Source: Pseudodesulfovibrio mercurii
GTDB taxonomy: Bacteria; Desulfobacterota; Desulfovibrionia; Desulfovibrionales; Desulfovibrionaceae
Direction of reading: 5' to 3'
Length of the DNA stretch: 32,000 nt
Assembly: GCF_000189295.2 (NCBI RefSeq)
Contig: NC_016803.1
Coordinates: 2,580,001 to 2,612,000, forward strand
The first letter of the stretch is position 1; every line of letters starts with the position of its first letter. The translations under genes and the position numbers were made by a program. The notes below the pieces were generated by a model. That model saw only the letters and a program-made list of their open reading frames with translations, made no database searches and was not told the origin of the DNA. Shown here piece after piece: positions 1 through 7,622 of this stretch.

Positions 1-628
1 GGTCATCCATGGTCGGTCCCTCGGTGGTCACTGCTATCTTGCTCATTGTCGTATCCTTGATTTGCTGTTGCGTTCCGGAGCCCTGTGCGGCTCCGCGACC
101 CTGGCCCATGCCCTGTCCCTGGCCGCTCATGCCGCGACCCTGGCCCTGGCCCATGCCCTGGCCGCCCATGCCGCGGCCCTGTCCCATGCCTCGGCCCATG
201 CCTCGGCCTCTGCCGCCCATGCATCGTCCGCCGCCCATTCCGCGCGGTCCGGTTCCGTCCATTCCCGGCATATTGTCGCCTCCAATGGTTTCGGACATCT
301 CGTCCGGTAACAGTTTGGGGCACTCCCAGGCGTCCTCGGCCAGGGTGTAGTGGCCGCCGTCGATGCGGATGGCCATGCCCTCGGCCAGCGCCGTGGCCAC
401 TATGTGCCGCGCCGCGCCGAGGACCCTGCCGAACGTGGCCCGGGAAACACCCATGGCCTGCGCGCCCTCCTCCTGGGTCAGCCCCTGCGCGTCGGCCAGC
501 CGAAGCGCCTCGAGCTCCTCCAGGGTCAGGGTTGCGTTCTGCAATTCGAGCATGGGGATGCCCTGCGGCTTGTAGTATGTCGCGCCGGGTTCCCGCTGCA
601 CGGTCCGCCTGATCTTTCGCCTTCCCAT
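1..628 (-). CDS. DUF134-type HTH protein fused in frame to a DUF5320-like Gly/Arg/Met-rich repeat and the start of a NifX/NifB-type cofactor-binding domain (3' partial, runs off the window)
   Basis: Missing from the ORF track because this frame has no stop inside the window. The reverse-strand ATG at 628-626 opens MGRRKIRRTVQREPGATYYKPQGIPMLELQNATLTLEELEALRLADAQGLTQEEGAQAMGVSRATFGRVLGAARHIVATALAEGMAIRIDGG, a DUF134 pattern. The frame continues through MPGMDGTGPRGMGGGRCMGG plus GRGMG/GQGMG repeats (DUF5320-like). It then reaches MSKIAVTTEGPTMDD (46-1), a typical NifX-like N-terminus. I read every codon from 628 to 2 and found no stop. Confidence 0.7.
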   Translation of the reverse strand, partial: MGRRKIRRTVQREPGATYYKPQGIPMLELQNATLTLEELEALRLADAQGLTQEEGAQAMGVSRATFGRVLGAARHIVATALAEGMAIRIDGGHYTLAEDAWECPKLLPDEMSETIGGDNMPGMDGTGPRGMGGGRCMGGRGRGMGRGMGQGRGMGGQGMGQGQGRGMSGQGQGMGQGRGAAQGSGTQQQIKDTTMSKIAVTTEGPTMDD

Positions 629-788
629 CGGTCCTCACTGGTATGAACGGTTGCGCATATGAAGATACGCTCGGAAATCCCGGAGTCAAGGGTAAAAATG
701 AGCATATGCCCAAAAAATGGTTCCGGGGGTATTTCCCGATCCGGGAAAATCATTGACGCGCGTGACGGTTACGGGGCAATTCCATAGA

Positions 789-1544
789 ATGCGAACCACC
801 CTGTTCATCCTCGCGGGCCTTGGGGCCGTACTGCTTTCCGTATCCGCCTGGTGCATGGAGCCCGCAGAGGGGGTCACCGAGGTCATAACCGCCGGTCCCT
901 CCTGGGAAACCTTCACCAACCGGGACGGCACCGGGCTGTATCACGAGGTCCTGGACGCGGTCTTCGCCCTGTACGGGATTGCGGTGCGGCACGAGTACGT
1001 GCCCTCGGACCGGGCCGACGAGCTGGTCCGCCTGGGCTGGGCCGACATGATGCTCTGCGACGACCGGGCCGAACCGCCCCTGCGTCTGGCCCGCCTTCCC
1101 CTATACGTCAACGACTACTACGTCTTCTTCCGCAAGGACCGCATCGGCCCGTGGCGGGGGGGCGAGAGCCTGCGCGGCCGCGAGGTGGCGGCCCAGAAGG
1201 GGTTCTACCACGACTGGGATTTCCCGGTGCCCGTGCGCATCCGCGAGATGCCCTCCGGGGTCAAGTGCCTGGAGATGGTCCTGCTCGGCCGGTCGGACTT
1301 CTACGTGGACGACATGGCCTTCATCCGGCACTCCATGCGCCAGGGCCCGTGCTTCACCCCGGCCGATTTCGACATCCGCAGGGCGGGCCGCCGCTCGTAC
1401 CACCCCATGTTCAACACCGGCCCGCGCAGCGACAAGGTCATCAGGATGTACGAGGAGGGCATGCGCCGCCTGCACGGGGAGGGCAGGCTCCGGCCCATCT
1501 ACGAGAAGTGGGGGCACACCTACCCCGACTTCGACGACTATTGA
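789..1544 (+). CDS. periplasmic solute-binding protein (family-3/PBPb-like), orphan
   Basis: Lies within ORF 717..1544. The internal ATG at 789 gives a signal-peptide-like MRTTLFILAGLGAVLLSVSAWC. The body (GLYHEVLDAVF, YVPSDRADELVRLGWADMM, YVNDYYVFFRKD, LLGRSDFYVDD) resembles amino-acid-type ABC binding proteins. Assigned by pattern recognition only. Confidence 0.7.
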   Translation: MRTTLFILAGLGAVLLSVSAWCMEPAEGVTEVITAGPSWETFTNRDGTGLYHEVLDAVFALYGIAVRHEYVPSDRADELVRLGWADMMLCDDRAEPPLRLARLPLYVNDYYVFFRKDRIGPWRGGESLRGREVAAQKGFYHDWDFPVPVRIREMPSGVKCLEMVLLGRSDFYVDDMAFIRHSMRQGPCFTPADFDIRRAGRRSYHPMFNTGPRSDKVIRMYEEGMRRLHGEGRLRPIYEKWGHTYPDFDDY

Positions 1545-1612
1545 CCGGCCCCGGGCCCGCCGCGTCCCCGGCCCGTGGACAAGCGCGGCCGCCGGGTGTA
1601 TTCCCTTCTGCC

Positions 1613-2056
1613 ATGCGCACCCACGCGGACCGGCTCCGCCACACCCTGCTCTACGAGTTCTTCGGGCTCCTGACCTGCACGCCCCTGGCGGCCTGGGCGC
1701 TGGACCGCGAGCTGTTGCGCGTGGGCATGCTGTCCGTGTCCATGTCCGCTGCGGCCATGATCTGCAACTACCTATTCAACCTGGCCTTCGACCATCTGCT
1801 GCTGCGCCTGGGCCGTCCGCTGAACGTCCGGCCGCCATGGCTGCGCGCGGTGCACGCCCTGAGCTTCGAAATCTCCCTGACCCTGGTCACGGTGCCGCTG
1901 ATCAGCTGGTGGCTGGACCTCTCCCTGTGGTCCGCCCTGGTCGCGGACCTCGGGTTCACGGTCTTCTTCCTGGCCTACACCTATCTCTACAACTGGGCCT
2001 ACGACGCGCTCTTCCCCATGCCCGCCGGGCCCGCAACCCAACCGGCCGGAGACTGA
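1613..2056 (+). CDS. PACE-family (AceI-like, two BTP domains) efflux transporter
   Basis: C-terminal 147 codons of ORF 851..2056, starting at ATG 1613. The sequence MRTHADRLRHTLLYEFFGLLTCTPLAAW...NYLFNLAFDHLL...RAVHALSFEISLTLVTVPLISWW...LYNWAYDALFP shows the duplicated two-TM motif of PACE/AceI proteins. The upstream part of the ORF is an out-of-frame shadow over the previous gene. Confidence 0.8.
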   Translation: MRTHADRLRHTLLYEFFGLLTCTPLAAWALDRELLRVGMLSVSMSAAAMICNYLFNLAFDHLLLRLGRPLNVRPPWLRAVHALSFEISLTLVTVPLISWWLDLSLWSALVADLGFTVFFLAYTYLYNWAYDALFPMPAGPATQPAGD

Positions 2057-2058
2057 CC

Positions 2059-2697
2059 ATGTTCGGCGTCCACGACTTCCTGCTCTTCGTCATGTCCGGC
2101 CTGCTCCTGAACATCACTCCGGGACAGGACGTCTTCTACATCGTCAGCCGGGGCGCGTCCCACGGCTGGAAGATGGGCTCCATCGCCGCCCTGGGCGTGG
2201 GCACCGGCTGCTTCGTGCACGTCTTCGCCGCGGCCCTGGGGTTGTCCGCCATCCTGGCCACCTCGGCCATGGCCTTCACCGTGGTCAAGTTCGCGGGCGC
2301 GGCCTATCTCATCTGGGTCGGCCTGACCATGTGGCGCAGGAACGGCAACGGCCACGACCGGGAGCACGACGAATTCTTCAAGGTCAGGGCGCGCAAGATC
2401 TACGCCCAGGGGTTCTGGACCAACGCCCTCAACCCCAAGGTGGCCCTCTTCTTCATGGCCTTCCTGCCCCAGTTCGTGGCCGTGGACGCGCCCAACAAGC
2501 CGCTCGCCTTCCTCATCCTCGGCGTGGTCTTCACCCTCAACGGCACCCTGGTCAACCTGGCCTACGCCTGGTCCGCCGCCCGCGTGTCCGCCAAACTCGG
2601 CAAGGACACCTCCTTCGGCACCTGGGCCAAGCGCGCCGCCGGGACCCTGTTCATCGGCCTGGGCATCCGCCTGGCCATGTCCGACCCCGTCAGCTAG
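2059..2697 (+). CDS. LysE/RhtB-family amino-acid exporter
   Basis: ATG at 2059, 3 nt after the previous stop. MFGVHDFLLFVMSGLLLNITPGQDVFYIVSRG...NALNPKVALFFMAFLPQFV is the classic LysE-family signature. The protein is 212 aa with about six hydrophobic segments. Confidence 0.85.
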   Translation: MFGVHDFLLFVMSGLLLNITPGQDVFYIVSRGASHGWKMGSIAALGVGTGCFVHVFAAALGLSAILATSAMAFTVVKFAGAAYLIWVGLTMWRRNGNGHDREHDEFFKVRARKIYAQGFWTNALNPKVALFFMAFLPQFVAVDAPNKPLAFLILGVVFTLNGTLVNLAYAWSAARVSAKLGKDTSFGTWAKRAAGTLFIGLGIRLAMSDPVS

Positions 2698-2788
2698 CCG
2701 CCCGTCCCCCGGACGCGCGACAAGAGCCCGCCGCCCCCCCTCTGTTCGGGAGGCGCGGCCGGATGCTTTCGGCGCGTCCGCCGCATGC

Positions 2789-3415
2789 CTACCGGAACGA
2801 GTCCAGGGCCTCCTGGACGTACTGATAGAACTTTCCCGCGTGCAGGCCGTCGGCCAGGGCGTGGTGGACCTGGAGGTTCACGGGCATGCGCCAGGCCCCG
2901 CCGCACTCGGTGAACCGGCCCCAGGCGATGCGCGGGAAGCTGTCGTCCGGCCCCTGCACCGGGTGGTGCATGGAGGTGAAGCTGACCCAGGGCAGGCAGG
3001 TGGTGAAGATCAGGTCCAGGCGGTCGCCGGAGCCGTCCACGAGTTCGGTCTGCCGTTTGCCGCGCTCCATGGCTTCGGAGCAGATGGCGTCGAAGTCGTT
3101 CCAGTCCGGGACGTAGTCGAACTGGCAGAAGGCGAAGCGGTCGCCCTCAATGGGCACGGTGGGCGCGGGGTGCACGGCCTCGAACTCGACCACGTCCTCC
3201 CCGAGGAGCCGCTGGCGCAGCTCGGGGATGCGGTTGGCGGCCCGCATGACCGCGAAGAGCACCGCGTTGAACACGGACACCCCGCGCGGCTTGGCCAGGG
3301 TGATCAGCGCGGTGACGTCCACGTCCGCGGTCAGGGAAAAATGGGGCGAGGGCAGGGACCGGAAATAGTCGTACAGGCTCTTGCGCGGCCAGGCGTGCAG
3401 GTCGATCTTCTTCAT
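2789..3415 (-). CDS. chloramphenicol-acetyltransferase (CAT, type A-like) family O-acetyltransferase
   Basis: 208-aa ORF. MKKIDLHAWPRKSLYDYF at the N-terminus and the catalytic-site motif VHHALADGLHAGKF near the C-terminus are characteristic of CAT-family proteins. The actual substrate is unknown. Confidence 0.8.
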   Translation of the reverse strand: MKKIDLHAWPRKSLYDYFRSLPSPHFSLTADVDVTALITLAKPRGVSVFNAVLFAVMRAANRIPELRQRLLGEDVVEFEAVHPAPTVPIEGDRFAFCQFDYVPDWNDFDAICSEAMERGKRQTELVDGSGDRLDLIFTTCLPWVSFTSMHHPVQGPDDSFPRIAWGRFTECGGAWRMPVNLQVHHALADGLHAGKFYQYVQEALDSFR

Positions 3416-3830
3416 ACCCTCCGGTCTACGGGACCCTTCCCCGGCTGTAAAGCCGGAACGCGCCGTTTCCTCAAGTCCAATCCTGTCAGCTGGTTATATA
3501 CCGACCATGGCGGAAATCGCACCTTCCGCACGGTCGGCCGCCACCGCCTCCGGGCCGCCGAGCCGCGTCCAATGCCCGGCGCATTTCCTCCGTACAAAGA
3601 AATTGTCCCGATATATGCGCGGATTGGCCTGGAAAGGGCCGGTTTTGGGGGAATGGTCCGCGCCGTGTCAAGGCGGCTAGTTTTCCACATGACCCTGTTG
3701 ATAAAGTGGTCCGTCCGGTTGCGCCGGACCCTGCGGCCAGGGGCGGGAACCCTTGGCGGCGCCTGGGGCAGGGGGAAAACTCACTATTTTTGCACATAAC
3801 AACTCTACGGAATTATGAAATATTCGTGTA

Positions 3831-3860
3831 TTGACAAAAAATAGCGTTCATTCTAATTAT
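3831..3860 (+). promoter_or_regulatory. candidate sigma70-type promoter for the RTX-like gene
   Basis: Perfect TTGACA at 3831-3836, an 18-nt AT-rich spacer, then AATTAT at 3855-3860. It sits about 55 nt upstream of the AAGGAG RBS (3902-3907) and ATG 3915. The local AT-richness contrasts with the rest of the window. Confidence 0.35.
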
Positions 3861-3914
3861 GATGGGGAGCAATTGCGGCGGCATCCCCTGGAACCTTTTT
3901 CAAGGAGCGCGGTC

Positions 3915-5735
3915 ATGGCCGAACGGATCAACGTGCTGCCGCCCGAGTCCGGCGAGAGGGAGACCTATCGGCTGGAAGCGGGCGTTCCGGTGAAGTTCGC
4001 CTTTGACCTCTCGGAAGCCGAGTTCGCGGCCTCGGGAAACGATCTGGTCATCTCCCTGCCCTGGGGCGGGAGCGTGGTCCTTCAGGGTTACCTGGACCTG
4101 GCCGGGCAGCACGCCCTGCCGGTCTTCGAACTGCTCGACGGCCAGCTGGTGGCGGGCGGGGTCTACCTCTTCGCCTTCGGCCGGGAGTTCGAGACCGCCG
4201 CCGGGGACATGCCCGACGGGTCCGGCGCGGGCGCATACGCCGACGACCCCGGTGCGCTCGGCAACGGCCTGGACGCCATGAGCGGCCAGTCCACCCTGTT
4301 CGGCGAATCGCCCCAGCCCCAGGGCGCGCCCTCCGCGCCCCTGCCGCCCGCGGAAACCGCACCCCTGGCCGGCCAGTCCGGACAGACCATCTACCCCGAA
4401 ACCGAATCCGTGCAGATCGTGCTCAACCCGAGCTTCGAGGCCTCGGGCTATACCGGCGACACCTGGACCTGGCTCGACGACGTGGACCACTGGCGCAACA
4501 CCGGCGACCCGGCCGCCCCGGTCATCCCGCAGTTCCGGCGCATGATGTTCATGGCCGCGCGGTCCGCCGCCGAAACTTCGGACAACCACATGAAGACCTG
4601 GGGCCAGGACATGCCCCAGACTCCCAGCGAGGGCGAACGGCTCATGGAACTCGACGCCACGTCCGGGACCATCGACACCCTGTCCCAGGCCATCGCCACC
4701 AAGGCGGGCGAGGCCGTGACCATCGCCTTCCACTTCGCCCCGCGCGTGGACGAGTCGGTCCGCGACCTCGGCATGGATACCAACGACTTCCAGCTCACCC
4801 TCGGCGACCAGCTGGTGGCCACAGTCACCTGGGACGCCGACGCCGGGGACTGGCTCGTCACCCTGGGTGAAGGCGTGACCGCCGCCGACGGCACCACCGA
4901 CGCCTTCCACTTCTCCAACCTGGGCTACACCACGGACGGCAGCACAGACTGGACCGAACTCGTCTTCACCCTGACCGCCGACCAGGACCACGCCGACCTG
5001 ACCTTCTCCGAATTTTCCGCCCACAACGACGGCTACGGTACCCTCATCGACGACGTCACCGCCTACCGCGACTTCGACACCCTCATCACGGGCGGCGAAT
5101 CCGATGCCGTCGACCAAGCCGAATACCTGACCGGCACCGACGGCGACGACGCCATCTTCGGCTCCGCCCACACCGTGGTCGACGGCGTGGACAACACCTA
5201 CTCCTATGCCGAAGTCATCGACGGCGGCGCGGGCGACGACGCCCTGTACGGCGGACAAAACTTCCTGACCGTCATTTCCGGCGGCTCGGGCAACGACTTC
5301 ATCGTGGCCGGACGACCCCTCGTCTTCGGCACGGAGGAGTCCCACGACACTTCCGAACCCGTGGGCGAAACCTTCATCCTGCCCGGCTCCGGCGACGACT
5401 ACGTGCGCCTCGGCGACGGCAGCGATTCCATCATCCTCAACCGCGACGCCCTGGTGGACGGCGAAACCCTGATCGTGGAAAACTTCACCGTGGATGACGG
5501 CGAGACCCTTAACTACGACCAGCTCTTCCTCGCCGACGGCCTGTCCCTGCAAAGCGCCTCCCAACTGGACGGCGACCTCCACCTGCTCATCGGCGACGGA
5601 CACGAGACCATCCAGGTCACCCTCCTCGGCGTCGAAGCCGCCGATATCAACGCCATCCTCCATACCGGCTCCGACGCCGACACCCTCAACGACCAGATCC
5701 AGGCCATCATCGACTCCGGCGGCCACCTGGCCTAG
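3915..5735 (+). CDS. secreted Ca2+-binding RTX-like repeat protein with a central jelly-roll/CBM-like domain (putative T1SS substrate)
   Basis: Lies within ORF 3831..5735; the preferred start is ATG 3915, 7 nt after AAGGAG. It is very acidic with no N-terminal signal peptide. GGxGxD-type nonapeptide-like motifs are present: LTGTDGDDAIFG, IDGGAGDDALYGG, ISGGSGNDFIVAG, GSGDDYVRLGDGSDSI. The N-terminal segment reads NDLVISLPWGGSVVLQGYLDL...PVFELLDGQLV. The central segment (NPSFEASGYTGDTWTW...MELDATSGTIDTLSQAIATKAGEAVTIAFHFAPR...WTELVFTLTAD) looks beta-sandwich-like. Confidence 0.7.
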   Translation: MAERINVLPPESGERETYRLEAGVPVKFAFDLSEAEFAASGNDLVISLPWGGSVVLQGYLDLAGQHALPVFELLDGQLVAGGVYLFAFGREFETAAGDMPDGSGAGAYADDPGALGNGLDAMSGQSTLFGESPQPQGAPSAPLPPAETAPLAGQSGQTIYPETESVQIVLNPSFEASGYTGDTWTWLDDVDHWRNTGDPAAPVIPQFRRMMFMAARSAAETSDNHMKTWGQDMPQTPSEGERLMELDATSGTIDTLSQAIATKAGEAVTIAFHFAPRVDESVRDLGMDTNDFQLTLGDQLVATVTWDADAGDWLVTLGEGVTAADGTTDAFHFSNLGYTTDGSTDWTELVFTLTADQDHADLTFSEFSAHNDGYGTLIDDVTAYRDFDTLITGGESDAVDQAEYLTGTDGDDAIFGSAHTVVDGVDNTYSYAEVIDGGAGDDALYGGQNFLTVISGGSGNDFIVAGRPLVFGTEESHDTSEPVGETFILPGSGDDYVRLGDGSDSIILNRDALVDGETLIVENFTVDDGETLNYDQLFLADGLSLQSASQLDGDLHLLIGDGHETIQVTLLGVEAADINAILHTGSDADTLNDQIQAIIDSGGHLA

Positions 5736-5791
5736 GCCGGGTGGACGAGCGGGGAAGGCCTCCGGCGGCCCTACCGGGGGTCGCCTTGATT

Positions 5792-5945
5792 CGCCCCGTC
5801 CTGGGGCTCACCCCTGCGGGGTCGCGCCTTTCCAGGCGCGGTCCAAATCCGCTGTCCTGCGGATTTGTCGGCGGGACCAGGGAACCCTTTGGAAAGGGTT
5901 CCCTGGACTCTCCCAAACTTTTTGGCGCCGCTTCGCGGGGTGAGG
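5792..5945. repeat. intergenic palindromic repeat, copy A (module 2 + module 1)
   Basis: Segment 5792-5871 (ggggtcgcgcc...ggcgcggtccaaatccgctgtcctgcggattt) matches the reverse complement of the insert inside copy C (31645-31734). Segment 5872-5945 (ccagggaaccctttggaaagggttccctgg ... ccaaactttttggcgccgcttcgcggggtg) matches copy B (24075-24165). Confidence 0.75.
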
Positions 5946-5993
5946 CGCGGAAGGGCGGAGATCGTTGGCGGTGGGCTTGGCCAGGGGCGGGCA

Positions 5994-6072
5994 GGCGGTG
6001 TCCCGAAGGGTTCGCGCCGGACGGCCACGGGCCCCGGAGGGCCGCCCGGCGCGAACCCTTCGGGACACCGCC
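5994..6072. repeat. perfect 27-bp inverted repeat (long hairpin)
   Basis: ggcggtgtcccgaagggttcgcgccgg at 5994-6020 is exactly reverse-complementary to 6046-6072. The loop is 25 nt and GC-rich. Confidence 0.85.
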
Positions 6073-6185
6073 CAACGCCGCCGGGCGGTTGGTCGGAATC
6101 CGTTAAGCCGGTTTTGCGGCGTTGGTAATAAGCGGCAAAACAGAAGCTATTTCCGCGCTATTCCCCTCCTAAAAAATAAAAAACC

Positions 6186-6266
6186 GCGATTTCGGGCGGG
6201 AAAAACGGCGGGTGCTGTTTCGTGAAGACGCACGTCGGCCCATCCGTTTTTCCCGTCCGAAATCGC
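6186..6266. repeat. 23-bp inverted repeat (one mismatch)
   Basis: gcgatttcgggcgggaaaaacgg (6186-6208) pairs with ccgtttttcccgtccgaaatcgc (6244-6266). There is one mismatch and a 35-nt spacer. Confidence 0.7.
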
Positions 6267-6377
6267 ACACCGGCACGGCGGAAGGCATCCCGCGCCAGCC
6301 TTTCGCCGCCGCACGCACTCCGAGCGCAGCGAGGCGATGGGATTCTCAAAAGTACCCACCACGTTTCTGAAAAGCTG

Positions 6378-6419
6378 CCCCCTGCCTTGTTTTTCAAACA
6401 TGGCAGGGGGTTACTTTTT
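6378..6419 (+). terminator. Rho-independent terminator-like hairpin
   Basis: The 9-bp GC stem ccccctgcc (6378-6386) / ggcaggggg (6402-6410) is followed by ttacttttt. The reverse strand also carries a short T-run, so it may act in both directions. Confidence 0.5.
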
Positions 6420-6580
6420 GGTGATAGATGGTGTTCTTCGAGGTCTTGCGGTGATTTCGGAATGGGAATCACACATTTCTTCACACACGTTGAATATAAA
6501 TATGCTAATTATTTTAAATAATTATAGTGCTATTAAAAAATATTGTCAACTTAAGTGAGGTAAGGAGAAAATTCCAATGC

Positions 6581-6664
6581 TGTCGAAGAGAAGACTCGAA
6601 GTGCCACGGCCGAACGGTTACATGGTCTTGAACCATGCGTGTCTACCAATTCCACCACTTCAGC
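6581..6664 (-). tRNA. tRNA-Leu(CAA)-like gene, apparently chimeric or defective (possible pseudogene or att remnant)
   Basis: The reverse strand reads GCTGAAG-TG-GTGGAATTGGTAGACAC-G-CATGG-TTCAAGA-CCATG-(long variable arm)-GGCAC-TTCGAGT-CTTCT-CTTCGAC-A. The D-arm, the anticodon arm (anticodon CAA) and the T-loop are canonical for class II tRNA-Leu. However, the T-stem (GGCAC vs CTTCT) does not pair. The acceptor stem has a C2:A71 mismatch plus a T3:G70 wobble. Confidence 0.55.
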
Positions 6665-6972
6665 ACGTTCCGTCTGTGGCCGCGGGTGGCGCGGCGCGCC
6701 GGCTTGTCATTCGGCGTCAGGTCTAAGGCTGCCCGCCGTTGTCGGCATTTAGGGAGAAGCGTCTGTGACAACTGTCCGGGAACCCGAGACCATCGCCAAT
6801 GACCCCGCATGAATTGCACGGTAGATCGCGGGCCTTCCGCCTCGTGTCCGAGGTCAGGGACTTGTCGGGAGAAAGCCAGGATAAACCCGGTGCCTGTTCC
6901 CTTCGCCGTTGCGACGTGGGCATGAGGGGGCGCTACGCACAGGGCGCTCCCCGGTAAGGATGCATATCGGCC

Positions 6973-7569
6973 TCATCGGGGACAGCAGAGGCCGCTCTCC
7001 TGATTGTACATGAGGGATTTGCGCATGGCGAAGGTGACCGGGAGCCGCGAATTGGCCCAGCCGTTGACCAGGCGACGACCATTGTTCGGGCTGTCGGGGG
7101 TGTGGTCCGGAATGCCCTCGAATCCGTCGAGGATACTGTAGGCCCTGGTGAATCCGGCCTTGGCCAGCCTGTTCACGGCCAGGGCGCTGCGGCTCCCCGA
7201 ACGGCACATGATCATGATGATGTCGCCGGTGCCGAAGCGCGCCTTGACCATCTCCTCGAATTCGGCGTTCGGCTGCATGACGTAGCTTCTGGTCTTGGGG
7301 TTGAAGATGCAGGTCATGAACATGACCGGTATGTTGACCGCCATGGGCGCATGGCCTATCAGGGCGTATTCCTCCGGGGTGCGGCAGTCGACGATGTGCA
7401 CGTTGTCCTTGTCCGCCTCCCATTGGGCATAGGCCTCGGAAGGCGTCACATAGAGATCCAGCACGGTCTGCTTCTTTTCTTCGGACGGCCTTTCCGCGGC
7501 GTATCCGGGGGTGGCGGAGAGGGCCAGGCACAGGATGGCGATCGCCAGTCCGGTTCGTGAAATCAGCAT
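6973..7569 (-). CDS. periplasmic rhodanese-domain sulfurtransferase
   Basis: 198-aa ORF with a GAGGAG RBS. The signal peptide is MLISRTGLAIAILCLALSATPGYA/AE. The rhodanese pattern is HIVDCRTPEEY...GHAP.A.NIP, and the active-site loop reads MCRSGSRSALAV. Confidence 0.85.
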   Translation of the reverse strand: MLISRTGLAIAILCLALSATPGYAAERPSEEKKQTVLDLYVTPSEAYAQWEADKDNVHIVDCRTPEEYALIGHAPMAVNIPVMFMTCIFNPKTRSYVMQPNAEFEEMVKARFGTGDIIMIMCRSGSRSALAVNRLAKAGFTRAYSILDGFEGIPDHTPDSPNNGRRLVNGWANSRLPVTFAMRKSLMYNQESGLCCPR

Positions 7570-7622
7570 GGATTTTCTCCTCGTTGGCCGGGCCTGCGTG
7601 TCGGCCCATCCGGGTTGATGGT

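Noticed and set aside
95-245. Short-period DNA repeat (catgcc(c/t)(c/t)ggcc…) checked as a possible CRISPR or tandem repeat
   Set aside because: It has an irregular 15-18-nt period with no spacers. It is simply the coding sequence of the GRGMG/GQGMG peptide repeat. No CRISPR array is evident anywhere in the window.
3-713. 236-aa minus ORF and several plus ORFs (9..350, 62..310, 85..612) at the left edge
   Set aside because: These are wrong frames. The frame with recognisable DUF134, DUF5320 and NifX-like sequence is the third minus frame (start 628), which is unlisted because it has no stop in the window.
851-1612. N-terminal 250 codons of ORF 851..2056
   Set aside because: It overlaps the solute-binding-protein gene in another frame and is Arg/Pro/Gly-rich. 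The recognisable PACE sequence starts only at ATG 1613.
3900-5726. 608-aa minus-strand ORF mirroring the RTX-like gene
   Set aside because: It is a shadow of the plus-strand gene. That gene has an RBS, Ca-binding motifs and a coherent acidic composition, whereas the minus-frame product is a Gly/Val/Ala/Asp-rich low-complexity sequence.
6577-6726. 49-codon plus-strand ORF with a strong TAAGGAG RBS (MLSKRRLEVPRPNGYMVLNH…)
   Set aside because: It is entirely antisense to the tRNA-like sequence and has an Arg/Pro-rich, featureless product. The RBS-like string lies in an AT-rich block and may be fortuitous. It is worth only a glance in Ribo-seq data.
6970-6975. TGA after the rhodanese C-terminus …SGLCCPR, considered as possible Sec
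   Set aside because: The downstream frame (GRYASLPGSALCVAPPH…) has no protein-like character or conservation cue, and the rhodanese domain is already complete.
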